DNA of 64,000 nucleotides from a plasmid: sequence record NZ_CP081674.1; one strand, 5' to 3'. Shown piece by piece: positions 8,671 to 17,529 of this stretch (position 1 is its first letter; each line of letters starts with the position of its first letter). The notes under the pieces were generated by a model. It saw only the letters and a program-made list of their open reading frames with translations, ran no database searches and was not told where the DNA came from. The position numbers and the translations under genes were made by a program.

Positions 8671-10293
8671 TCACTTTGGTGGGCTGGGTGATGTAGCGGA
8701 CGCGGCGACCACCGGCTGAGCCTGGGCGGTGGCCTGTGGTCGCTCCCAGCCCAGGAACGTCGACCCGAAGTCGATGTCCTCCAGCGGCACCGCTCTACCG
8801 TTGGACCACACCTTGTCGTTGCCCAGCGCCATGATGCGGTGATCAGTGAATTGCCCAACGTCGCCGAGAATCAGCCGGGACTGACTCACCGCGTTCGTGG
8901 TCACCGGGGCGCCGGCCGGGGACAGCGTCAGATTGGCGTCGCGGTAGGCCTGTTCGAACGGAGTGCCGCCCACCACCGCCCGGCTGGCTTGGGCTACCGC
9001 TGCAGTTTCTGCGGTCACCGGATTCTCAAAGCCGGGCACCTTGACGCTGAGATCGTCGGGTGCGGGTTGGCTCGTGCCAGCCGGAGTGACCTGCCCGCTC
9101 TGGGCCTCCGGCGCGTTCGGGTTCGTCGCTGCCTGTGGCCCAGCGGGATTGGGTTGGTTTCCTTCGCCGACCGGCGGGTCCTTCAACTCGCCGTGCTCGT
9201 CCTTGTCGCCCTTCTCATCGCCGGGGGCCTCGGCCTTGTCGCCAACTGGTGGATCGGTGAGCGGATCCGTGGACTCCGCCCCTGCAGCCTTCGCATCGCG
9301 GATAGCCGATCCGATCCCAGATCCGATGTCACCCAACGGAAGTCCGCCACCCATCGCGCCGCCACCACCACCGAACGGCATCATGCCCCCAAGCATGCCC
9401 GGCAGTGATCCCAGCGCACCCATGCCAGGTCCGAGCATCGAACCCAAGCCCGACATCAGCGGATCCGATGCCAGCCCATCCAACAGCGGATCCTGCTCCA
9501 GACCGGCAGCTCCTGCGCCCGATTCACCGGCGGCCGGAGCGCCGGCAGGTCCAGCTCCCGACGCGGGCTGGCCGGTGCCGCTGCCAGTTTGGTTTTCCCC
9601 GCTGGGCTTATCGCTTGACAGCGCCTCGTAGCGAGCAGCCAATCCGTCCAGGACCGCGCCGTGAGACGCCGAATCCAGACCCTTGGACTTCAAGACGCCG
9701 TTGATCTCATCGGTCTTTCCCTGCAGGAAGCTCGCCAGCTGCTCCTGGCCAGCCGGCGTATCCAGTGTCGGACCGAGCTTTTGGACTTGATCGATGATCG
9801 ACTTCTGCAGCTCGCCGAGTTTGGCCTTGCCTTCGGCGCTGGAGTCCTGCGCCTTCAGCAGTGCGTCGATGAGTTTCTCATCGGCCTCGTTGAGAGCTGT
9901 CCGGTTCTTGGCCAGCGCCTCGTCGAGACGTTTGGCGACCTCGGCCGCGGCACCGGTGAGCTCAGGGTTGCTGGCCGGGCCGGCCTGAGGAGTGGTCTCC
10001 GCCGGCGGGGTGATCGGCGGCTTGCCCGACGGTGCCGGTTGGTCCCCGCCAGGTGGCGGGGCATCAGCACCGGTTTTCAGCGGTGGCTGCCCCATCCCCT
10101 CCAACGCCTTGTTGATCACCGTGATCGACGACGTATCGGGGTCAATCCCCATGTATTTCAACTGCGCTCGCTGCTCGGGGGTCAGTTCAGTGGCCAGCGG
10201 CATGTCGAACCGCGGCGACTGGGGGGCTGCGCCAAGTACCTGGGAGATGCTCCCCACGAGATCACCGACGATGAGATCAGGCCAAGCGGTCAT
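8671..10293 (-). CDS. large secretion-associated protein with conserved 'LDTPAGQEQLASFL' helical domain and Gly/Met/Pro-rich linkers
   Basis: Start set at MTAWPDLIV (ATG complement 10291-10293). The longer ORF to 10665 would overlap the regulator gene. The central domain is shared with the 34917..35648 product ('LDTPAGRQQLASFLDAKASEA'). Confidence 0.5.
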   Translation of the reverse strand: MTAWPDLIVGDLVGSISQVLGAAPQSPRFDMPLATELTPEQRAQLKYMGIDPDTSSITVINKALEGMGQPPLKTGADAPPPGGDQPAPSGKPPITPPAETTPQAGPASNPELTGAAAEVAKRLDEALAKNRTALNEADEKLIDALLKAQDSSAEGKAKLGELQKSIIDQVQKLGPTLDTPAGQEQLASFLQGKTDEINGVLKSKGLDSASHGAVLDGLAARYEALSSDKPSGENQTGSGTGQPASGAGPAGAPAAGESGAGAAGLEQDPLLDGLASDPLMSGLGSMLGPGMGALGSLPGMLGGMMPFGGGGGAMGGGLPLGDIGSGIGSAIRDAKAAGAESTDPLTDPPVGDKAEAPGDEKGDKDEHGELKDPPVGEGNQPNPAGPQAATNPNAPEAQSGQVTPAGTSQPAPDDLSVKVPGFENPVTAETAAVAQASRAVVGGTPFEQAYRDANLTLSPAGAPVTTNAVSQSRLILGDVGQFTDHRIMALGNDKVWSNGRAVPLEDIDFGSTFLGWERPQATAQAQPVVAASATSPSPPK

Positions 10294-10403
10294 AGGCGGG
10301 ACGATATGGCGTGGCCACTGCCGATTTCCAACAGTAGCTCCACATTCGCCGCAAAATTGGCCGCTGGACGGCCCACTGGCGTTGTGCGCGGCGCATCGTC
10401 GAG

Positions 10404-10706
10404 CTACCAGGCAGTCTGTGCGGCCTCGGCGTCGATGGCGTCGATCGCGGCGGTGATGATGTCCCAGAGCGGACTGTTCGTACGCACGTAGTACACGCGG
10501 CGGGAATCTTCCGGATGCTCGATATCGAGCATCCCCAACTGCACCAACCGATTCAGCTCTTGGGTCACATTGCTCGACGACGCATGCTCGATGTCGCGCG
10601 GCTCGGACTGGAAGAACCGGCCCTTGGGATGGCGCAATACCCACGCCGCGACCGCGAGTCGGCACTTGCGGCCGAACAGCAGTTCGCTGACGTGTGTCGT
10701 ATCCAC
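10404..10706 (-). CDS. winged-helix (ArsR/PadR-like) transcriptional regulator
   Basis: 100 aa; 'LLFGRKCRLAVAAWVLRHPKGRFFQSEPRDIEHASSSNVTQELNRLVQLGML' fits a wHTH pattern. It is divergent from the RHH gene across a long palindrome. Confidence 0.5.
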   Translation of the reverse strand: MDTTHVSELLFGRKCRLAVAAWVLRHPKGRFFQSEPRDIEHASSSNVTQELNRLVQLGMLDIEHPEDSRRVYYVRTNSPLWDIITAAIDAIDAEAAQTAW

Positions 10707-10710
10707 GGCT

Positions 10711-10758
10711 TCCAGTATCTACCCTCTACTATCTAGAATCTAGGTAGTAGATACTGGA
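10711..10758. promoter_or_regulatory. ~48-bp imperfect palindrome in divergent promoter region (operator)
   Basis: TCCAGTATCTAC…CTACTATCTAGA-A-TCTAGGTAGTAG-ATACTGGA. The outer 12-bp arms are perfect and the inner 12-bp arms have 1 mismatch. It lies between divergent starts at 10706 and 10758. Confidence 0.6.
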
Positions 10759-10979
10759 TGTTCGGGAACGGAGCGAGGATGACCACGGCCACCCCAGCCC
10801 CACAGCGGCGGTCGCGTGCCGGCTCAGAGACCCGGCAACGCGCAGCCAAGATCGACGTGCGGTTTGACGACGACGAACGCGCCCTCATCGACCGGGCTGC
10901 GGCCGCTTCTGGCCTCAAACCATCCACCTACCTGCGCATTTCGGCCCTAGAACGGGCCGCGGCCACACTCGCCAGCTAG
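10758..10979 (+). CDS. ribbon-helix-helix (CopG/MobC-like) DNA-binding protein
   Basis: 73 aa. 'KIDVRFDDDERALIDRAAAASGLKPSTYLRISAL' is a typical RHH beta-strand plus two helices. A hairpin (CCAGCTAGCGC…GCGCTAGCTGG, 10971-11004) follows the stop. Confidence 0.5.
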   Translation: MFGNGARMTTATPAPQRRSRAGSETRQRAAKIDVRFDDDERALIDRAAAASGLKPSTYLRISALERAAATLAS

Positions 10980-11006
10980 CGCCACCGCACGTTCGCGCTA
11001 GCTGGA

Positions 11007-11045
11007 TGCGCGGTCGGACCGCGTGTCGGTGCGGTCAGACCGCGC
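11007..11045. promoter_or_regulatory. two tandem 13-16-bp palindromes GCGGTCnGACCGC
   Basis: GCGCGGTCGGACCGCG (11007-11022) and GCGGTCAGACCGC (11030-11042), directly upstream of the tandem-RHH gene. Confidence 0.45.
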
Positions 11046-11586
11046 ATCTGCGTGTCACCATGCCAGCATGAGCGAGTCACACGACGCGGACGTTGACGAT
11101 AACGATCCGATTGCGACATCCCGGCGTGTCACTGGCTTTTCCAGAAAACCTGCGGGCAAGATCAGCCGCATGGCTGGATCAAATCGGGGGCGGCCGTCCC
11201 TTGGCGAACGCGCCACTGTGACCGCCACCTTGCCCATGACTGTTCGCAAAGCAGCCGAAACCGCTGCCCACGACCACCACATCGACCTATCGCCGTACTT
11301 GGCCGATCTCGTCTGCTTTCACTACGGCCACCCTGAACTGATGCGGCACCTGTCTCAGGCCATTCTGTCCGACAGCCCAAGTCGCATCAGCGATCTCACC
11401 GTGGACACCTTCGGCCGCCATGTGACGATCCGGCTCCCCCTGCCGGTGGCCGAGCTCGTCGAATTCGAGGCCAGCGACCGCGCCGTCGAACGCTCAACCC
11501 TGCTCGCCGACATCGTCTGTCTGCGAATGGGTTTCCCCGGATTGATCCGCGCTCTCGACAAGGAGGTTATGCCACTGGCGATCTGA
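11023..11586 (+). CDS. protein with two tandem RHH-like repeats (single-chain Arc/CopG-like)
   Basis: Internal duplication: '…LSPYLADLVCFHYGHPELMRHL' and '…STLLADIVCLRMGFPGLIRAL', each preceded by a beta-strand-like segment. The true start may be the Met at ~11068. Confidence 0.4.
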   Translation: MSVRSDRASACHHASMSESHDADVDDNDPIATSRRVTGFSRKPAGKISRMAGSNRGRPSLGERATVTATLPMTVRKAAETAAHDHHIDLSPYLADLVCFHYGHPELMRHLSQAILSDSPSRISDLTVDTFGRHVTIRLPLPVAELVEFEASDRAVERSTLLADIVCLRMGFPGLIRALDKEVMPLAI

Positions 11587-11705
11587 CGCCCGGCGCGCAC
11601 TGCCCGACAAATATGAGTCTTGGTGGACGACGGTGGTGTGCCTACAACTTCATAGCGCGGATCTAACCCCATAACGACGAAAACCCCCGGAAAAACCCGA
11701 GGGTT

Positions 11706-13166
11706 TTGTCTGAACCGAGTTGGCGCTCGGTTCGGGGTGCATCCGCACCTACATCCCCGAAGGGACTGTCCTTGTCCGACAGGTCTCACGGTAGCGCATT
11801 GCCGTCCTTCGGTCTACTGCGCACGCACCGTGTTCAACACTTTTCAACACGGGGTGTCGACGTTTTCGACGTCGCTGCTTCCGTGTCCGCTGAGGTCGAT
11901 CGCTCCCGGCCGATCTCTCCCCGACCAGCCACTTATCGTGGCTGCAGTCCGACGCGCCGTCGCCGCGGCATCGTCCGGACCACACGCACAGCCGACGTTG
12001 TGCGGATTCGACGGGCACATCGCGCGCTCAAGCGTGCGCTGCCGCCCCCGAGCTCCTTCGTCAACCTGGAGCTGGAGGCCGACGCCTACGCCGGCGTCGC
12101 GTGCTGGAGCGGTGGACATTCCAGATGGGCTCACCTGACCGTCCCCATCGCCTACGAGCTGCGCTATGCCGCCATCCGGCCGCAGATGTGCAACGGTGGG
12201 ATCGACAAGCAGAAGCTGGTATTGGTGGCCGCGGCCATGGCGCGGTTCGCCGACTTCGACACAGGCCGCAACTGCCGGCCGAGCAACACTCAACTCGCCT
12301 TGTGCACATGCCTGCCCGTACGCACGATCCAGCGGGCCCGTGAATGTCTGCGGCTCCTCGGCGTGGCCACCGAGGTCCTGCGCGGCCGCCAGCGCACGTA
12401 CACCGAGCGCATGGCGTCCTGGCGGATGGGCGACCGACACCGTGGCTGGGCATCGGTATGGGCGCTCCACGATTTTGCGCTGGTCAACAAGGTTATCCAC
12501 AGCTTGTCATCCCACCTGGAACGGTCTCACCTAAGCACCACAGTCCCTTCTAGTAAGAGAACACTCACTACCCACGGGCGCGCAGAGCGCACCCGGCAGG
12601 CGGGCGCTTCGCGCCGCCGAGCTCCAGACAAGGAAGGTCTGCGCCTTGCCACGCTATGGAGAGCATCTCCCGGTGCCCCACGGTGGTGCCAGCGCTACTC
12701 AGCCGACAGTTGGGCCGCGATGCTGGCCGCCCCCGCAGCCGCCGGATGGAACGCCCGAGATCTCACACAGCTGGTGCGGGACTGGCTCGGCTCCGGCCGG
12801 CGCATATCCGACAGGCCAACCCGCCCCATCGCCCTTCTGGGAACGCTGCTTGCATGGCATCTCAGCCATAACACGCTGTTAGACCGACCCGCCGCGCTCG
12901 ATGAAGCACGTGAGGCCGCTGAACTGGCGGCCGCGGCCGCGCGCAAGGCGAATCAAGCAGCCTCACACGCTGCCTTCCTCGCTGACCGTGAGCAGGCCCG
13001 TGCTGCTTTGTCCGGTGAAGGTCGGGCGTGGGCACGCAGGGAAGCCGCGCGGCTGGCACACCAAAGCGCAGCCCGCCGCACGGATGCCGCCCGACGCGAG
13101 GTGGAGCAGCGCACAGCACTACTCGACCAAGCGAAACTTCCGCGTCAGTGCGACCGCCCGTCATGA
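11706..13166 (+). CDS. HTH-domain protein resembling actinobacterial plasmid replication initiators (start uncertain)
   Basis: 'KQKLVLVAAAMARFADFDTGRNCRPSNTQLALCTCLPVRTIQRARECLRLLG' is an HTH block of the type I recall in Rep-like proteins of actinomycete plasmids, followed by an Ala/Arg-rich coiled-coil tail. The upstream 120 bp contain hairpins (AAAACCCGAGGGTTTT; ACCGAG-TTGGCG-CTCGGT). Confidence 0.4.
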   Translation: MSEPSWRSVRGASAPTSPKGLSLSDRSHGSALPSFGLLRTHRVQHFSTRGVDVFDVAASVSAEVDRSRPISPRPATYRGCSPTRRRRGIVRTTRTADVVRIRRAHRALKRALPPPSSFVNLELEADAYAGVACWSGGHSRWAHLTVPIAYELRYAAIRPQMCNGGIDKQKLVLVAAAMARFADFDTGRNCRPSNTQLALCTCLPVRTIQRARECLRLLGVATEVLRGRQRTYTERMASWRMGDRHRGWASVWALHDFALVNKVIHSLSSHLERSHLSTTVPSSKRTLTTHGRAERTRQAGASRRRAPDKEGLRLATLWRASPGAPRWCQRYSADSWAAMLAAPAAAGWNARDLTQLVRDWLGSGRRISDRPTRPIALLGTLLAWHLSHNTLLDRPAALDEAREAAELAAAAARKANQAASHAAFLADREQARAALSGEGRAWARREAARLAHQSAARRTDAARREVEQRTALLDQAKLPRQCDRPS

Positions 13167-13249
13167 GTTTTCTGGAAACGGCCCGGCTCGCGGCCAATTT
13201 CCGGGACAGCGCGCGTACTTCGCCACCCCGCTCCCCCACCACCAACCGT

Positions 13250-13301
13250 CCTCTTCTGAGGTTGGGGGCCACTGGGAGGCGGCCCCCAACCTCAGAAGAG
13301 G
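13250..13301. terminator. strong bidirectional intrinsic terminator hairpin
   Basis: Perfect 21-bp inverted repeat CCTCTTCTGAGGTTGGGGGCC-(10 nt)-GGCCCCCAACCTCAGAAGAGG between convergent genes ending at 13166 (+) and 13323 (-). Confidence 0.8.
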
Positions 13302-13322
13302 AGAGCGGGAGAGCAAGCCTCG

Positions 13323-13949
13323 TTACGGCGCGGTGTCCTTCCTGCCGGGCAGAAACGCGTTGAGTACCGGCGCAATCCAGGTTGACCTCGTGTCGAAGCC
13401 CAATTCTGCTCCGATCCGGTCGATGACCTCTTCCTGCTGAGGTGTTGGGCTGAACGCGATCTGCGCACTGCCGCCACCGAGATAGCGCACCGCGGAGGGG
13501 TCCGCTGGGAACAGATCATTCGTTGGAGCGGTGCTGTACCGCGACTCCTTGATGATGTCGGCGAGCTTTCCGTCCTTGTGGTGCTGGCTGATCGCCTCCA
13601 ACACCACGTGCAAGTTGGTCGACTTCGCAGAGTGCCGGTAGTTCTCGAACCGCTTTTTGACTCCAGGACTGACATAGACCGCGCTGGTTGGCTTTGTCCG
13701 GGTACGCGGCCGGCCTGGCTTCCGCGCAGCAGGTTTCGGCTCCGGTGTGGGTTCCGGTACTGCCCTCACCGAGGGCTCGTCCAGGTCCGGCACGCGCGGT
13801 GCTGCCGGTCGATCCGGCACAGGGGTCAACGGAGCAGCAGGCGGATCACCCACGAGGCCGGCCAGACCAGAGCCGCGGCTCTTTGTTGGTTTGGTGATGT
13901 CGCCGAGATTCTCTGCGGGCAGCTGTTGCGGGGTCAAGCTCATGGCCAT
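13323..13949 (-). CDS. partition-associated DNA-binding protein (parA partner; ParB/ParG-like)
   Basis: 208 aa, immediately downstream of and overlapping parA. It has a Pro-rich N-terminus and a C-terminal 'AVYVSPGVKKRFENYRHSAKSTNLHVVLEAISQH' that could be an RHH or HTH. Confidence 0.4.
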   Translation of the reverse strand: MAMSLTPQQLPAENLGDITKPTKSRGSGLAGLVGDPPAAPLTPVPDRPAAPRVPDLDEPSVRAVPEPTPEPKPAARKPGRPRTRTKPTSAVYVSPGVKKRFENYRHSAKSTNLHVVLEAISQHHKDGKLADIIKESRYSTAPTNDLFPADPSAVRYLGGGSAQIAFSPTPQQEEVIDRIGAELGFDTRSTWIAPVLNAFLPGRKDTAP

Positions 13950-14920
13950 ACTCCTTCTTCGATCATGTCGGCACGGGTCTGCGATCCACGTCTGAGAATC
14001 TCGCCTGTCAGTTCTGCGAAGTCCTCGGCAACTCCGGCAGATGTCTTGCTGACGACGGCATTGGCGTCGGCCTTCCCCTTTCGGATCGCCGACCGCGAGG
14101 GATTGTTCGCGATTTGCAACTCGAGTTCGTGGGCCAACCGACCGAACTTGGGCACGTCTCTGCCAACTGCTTCCGAATGGCGAATGAAGGACTTGAACAT
14201 CACGTCCTCGTTCTGGCCCAGGTCCGCTGCAACATTCTTACCGTGCTCCTCGCGGATCTTCCGCGACGAGCCACCTGACGCAAACACAAAGCAGCCCAGC
14301 AGCATCACGTACGGATTGAGCTCTCGCATCGCCCTCAGATCGCCGGCCAACTCTCGCAGCCCAGTCCTCGACAGGTCATCAGTCTTCATCGGAACAACCA
14401 CGAACCGTGCCGCGCACAGGGCTGCCTGAAGCAGCAACTGGTTCTCCGGCGGCGAGTCAATGAAGATCACCCCGTACTGATGACTGATCTGCTGAAGTGC
14501 CACCGCCAGCGACATCAACACCTGTTTGGCCGCTTGCGGATTCCCCATTTCGGCTGCCAACACCGGTGCGATACGGCGGACATACGGACCACCAGGCACC
14601 ACATCAAGCCCTGGCCGCACATCACGAACCGGACTCAGCGCAGCCCCAGCGGTGATCGCGCTGTACAGGTTCCTGCCTTTGTCGTCGGCCTCCGAATTGG
14701 CGAAGCCCAACATGTTCGCGACGTTGCCCTGACCGTTCAGATCGACCAGGAGAACGCGAGCACCATCAGAGGCGACAAGAGCGGCGCCGTGCGTCGAACA
14801 CGTCGTCTTCCCCACCCCGCCCTTGCCGTTCGCGTACAGATAAACATTGCCGAGCTTGCTCCAATTGACCGCGGGTTCTACCAGCCCAGATTCACCCCAA
14901 GCGGCTACGCTACTAGTCAT
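13940..14920 (-). CDS. parA: ParA/Soj-family partition ATPase
   Basis: The deviant Walker A 'YANGKGGVGKTTCSTHGAALVA' matches ParA/MinD, followed by 'VLLVDLNGQGN' and 'IDSPP'. Confidence 0.8.
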   Translation of the reverse strand: MTSSVAAWGESGLVEPAVNWSKLGNVYLYANGKGGVGKTTCSTHGAALVASDGARVLLVDLNGQGNVANMLGFANSEADDKGRNLYSAITAGAALSPVRDVRPGLDVVPGGPYVRRIAPVLAAEMGNPQAAKQVLMSLAVALQQISHQYGVIFIDSPPENQLLLQAALCAARFVVVPMKTDDLSRTGLRELAGDLRAMRELNPYVMLLGCFVFASGGSSRKIREEHGKNVAADLGQNEDVMFKSFIRHSEAVGRDVPKFGRLAHELELQIANNPSRSAIRKGKADANAVVSKTSAGVAEDFAELTGEILRRGSQTRADMIEEGVWP

Positions 14921-15379
14921 GCGGGCGCCTCACTCTGCGTTGATCGGGAGTCCATTGCGTGCGCCGCACTGCAACCCATCGGGTGCTGTCCGCCACGCGT
15001 TTCCGTGCGGATCAAAGTCTATGGCTCTGGACGCGACGCGCCATTCGACACCACGCCGCGCGCATCGCCCATCAGTAAGTGCTGGGCACGCTATGGCGCA
15101 CCGTTGCGGCAGGCATTGCGGAGGCCACAGCAAACAGCACTCGGTCCCGGGCATCGTTCGTGACCCCGCTCGCGATAGCGACTGGCGTCCGGCCCGGAGC
15201 TGTGGTCCGGACGCCGCATCGAGCACCTGTCTGCGCCTGTCTTCCGGTGTCGTAACGGGTGTGGCGCACCGCCAATTGTGCGATCGGTGCACACGCGCGA
15301 TGTCTCGCACTCTGCCTAATGCGTCCAATAACTGCATGTCAGATGCTGCGCCGTGCACGTTCCCGCATCTCCTCCGGTA

Positions 15380-16050
15380 TGGGCCGCAATACCTGACCGG
15401 ATACCTGCCTCAATACCTGGAAGGAAACCATGCTCTCAATTGTGCGCGGTATTGATCGCGATGCTTCCTGTGTGGCACTGGTTGCCACTCTGCCGCAACC
15501 GGTGCACCTTGTTGTCGCGGTTGACAGCAACCATGTACGCGCCACCGTGGCGCACGCAGTGGCTCGATTCGTTGCGCACGAAACCTGGTCGAAAATTCGT
15601 TTCATCGTTGGGCGTGTCGCGCGTTGCGTTGTCTGCACCGAGCCGTGCAGCGGCGTTATGACGCCGACCTCGGTCGATACACGTGTCTCAACGCCGTGCG
15701 TCGCAACACACGAAATGCATTGCACGGCATCACCACTTATGACGCCTTCTGCACGCCGACATATGCGCATACCGATCAATCGCTCGGCTCTGCCTAGAAC
15801 ACGTCCGCATGTGACCAGTGCAATCCACAACCATGCATCGAAACCCGTTGTTCGACATACGTCCAGCACTGTCAACAGTGGTATCTGGCTCACAGCGCCG
15901 AAGCGCACTAGATCGGACACGGGTGAATCAACTGCGCCCGCAACGCGATACAAGACGGGCGCCGAAGCTGTGTACACGACACGGCGCCAAACTGCGTAAT
16001 CGACCCAGTTGTCAATCCGTGCCCGTGCCGGTGCATTCACCCCAGCCAAC
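15380..16050. repeat. lower-GC non-coding region with short direct repeats (putative centromere/iteron-like cis site upstream of parA)
   Basis: Three direct copies of ATACCTG within 30 bp (15394-15420). There are many GTTGCGCAC / TGCAC-containing short repeats. The ORFs called here have Cys/Arg-rich unnatural composition. Confidence 0.3.
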
Positions 16051-16373
16051 GTGGGGAGTGCACCGGGCCATCCATATCCGCTGGCCAGCGATCGCTCTCA
16101 CTTGCTGCCGCCCTGACCTGGGCATTTGCAGGCGAACCAGCAGCGAAACCACCAAGCGACACACGTTCCTACCCCCTAGCTGCCCGTCTGGCTGAAGAAC
16201 CCCGTCCATAGGCGGCATCTATCCGGGGAGGTCAAGTTCGGGGCTCAGGAGGCAGCGCAGCGGCTTCTCCCAGGTCGCAGACAGCGTCTCACCGCAAACG
16301 CGCGCTATGGCCCAGCAGCGGGCGGTCGGCCGGAGCATTCAAGAGTGAGGGCGGACGGCTTCCCAAATCTGAG

Positions 16374-17063
16374 TTCGGTGGAGTTGGGGTGGGTGTTGGA
16401 GGTTGGTGGTGGTGTTCGTTCATACTGCGGGGCATGTCACTTGATGCGCTTGTGGCCGAGGCCGGTCAGGTGCTCGGTGACGCGCGCAAGATGTTTGGGC
16501 CTGCGCCGGCGGCCGGCGGATGGTCGAGCACACCGGCGCTGAGCGCTGGTAAGGACAGTTTGGCCCAGGCCGGGGGAGTGCTGGCGGGGTGGGGCGGAGC
16601 GAGCGCGACGACGCATCTGTCGGCCAGCGGCGGTCGTGTGGTGGCTCTGGACAATGTGATCGGCGCTGATCGAGGAACTGCGCCGGGTTTCACGGGGGCG
16701 GCCCAGACCTCTCAGTCTGGTGGTGGCGGGATGGACGACGTCAACGCCGACACGCGTAGGGGAGTGGCTGCGATTGCTCCGAGCACCGACACCCCGGCCG
16801 GTAAGACGCAGCTGGTCAATCATCTGCAGTCCCAGCTCGACCGTGCCAAAGCGTTGCTCAAGGTTTCCGAGTCGCGCAACGTGATGCTGGCCAATGCGAT
16901 TCGCAGCGCTGCAGGAGGCTATGGCGGCGGTATGCCGATGGGTGGCGGTATGGGTGGCCCGATGGGCGGCGGGATGCCCATGGGTGGCGGGGGAATGGGC
17001 GGTGGTGGACTACCCGGCCTCGGCGGCGCCGGCCTGATCCCCAACCTCTCCGCCTTCACCCGC
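16374..17063 (+). repeat. copy 1 of ~690-bp perfect direct repeat (promoter + first 225 codons)
   Basis: Nucleotide identity to 20435..21124 follows from identical overlapping ORF translations in two frames (16345/20352 and 16389/20450) and opposite-strand ORFs (16437..16823 = 20498..20884). Confidence 0.85.
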
Positions 17064-17519
17064 AACAGCTCGTCCCGGCGCGGGACTTCATCCTCGTCGG
17101 CCTCTGGTTTGAATCTTCGAACGCCGGTGCCGTCAGGCCCGGGCGCCGAAGCGTTCCGCGCCGCGGTACGACACGCCCTCGACATCAAGGGCATCACCAA
17201 CCCGCGAGCGCGCGCCTACTGGGAAAACGGCATGATGGTCGTCGCCGACCGCGAGTCGGACTTCAACAACCGCGCGGTCAACAACACTGACTCGAACGCC
17301 CAGAACGGCGATCCCTCCGCAGGCACTCTGCAGTTCATCAAGGCCACATTCGACGCCTACCACGAACCAGGTACCTCAACCGACCGTAGCGACAACGTCG
17401 CTCAAGCTGCGGCCTTCATCAACTACGCGATGGGCCGCTATGGCGTTAATCCCGACGGGCATGACCTGGCCGCCAAGATCCAACAGGCCGACCCGACGAG
17501 ACCGCCGAAAGGCTACTGA
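16389..17519 (+). CDS. secreted cell-wall hydrolase: shared N-domain + Gly/Met-rich linker + SLT-type lytic transglycosylase domain
   Basis: The C-terminus 'ADRESDFNNRAVNNTDSNAQNGDPSAGTLQFIKATF' matches the family-1 SLT catalytic motif (E-S…N…A…G-x-M-Q). The N-terminal 225 aa are identical to the 20450 gene. The probable true start is ATG 16434 (MSLDAL…). Confidence 0.7.
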   Translation: MGVGGWWWCSFILRGMSLDALVAEAGQVLGDARKMFGPAPAAGGWSSTPALSAGKDSLAQAGGVLAGWGGASATTHLSASGGRVVALDNVIGADRGTAPGFTGAAQTSQSGGGGMDDVNADTRRGVAAIAPSTDTPAGKTQLVNHLQSQLDRAKALLKVSESRNVMLANAIRSAAGGYGGGMPMGGGMGGPMGGGMPMGGGGMGGGGLPGLGGAGLIPNLSAFTRNSSSRRGTSSSSASGLNLRTPVPSGPGAEAFRAAVRHALDIKGITNPRARAYWENGMMVVADRESDFNNRAVNNTDSNAQNGDPSAGTLQFIKATFDAYHEPGTSTDRSDNVAQAAAFINYAMGRYGVNPDGHDLAAKIQQADPTRPPKGY

Positions 17520-17529
17520 CACAACCGAT

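Noticed and set aside
15339-16049. 236-aa (-) and 189-aa (+) ORFs in the parA-upstream region
   Set aside because: Cys/Arg/Thr-rich unnatural composition, mutually overlapping on opposite strands, in a repeat-rich lower-GC segment; more likely a cis-acting site than genes.
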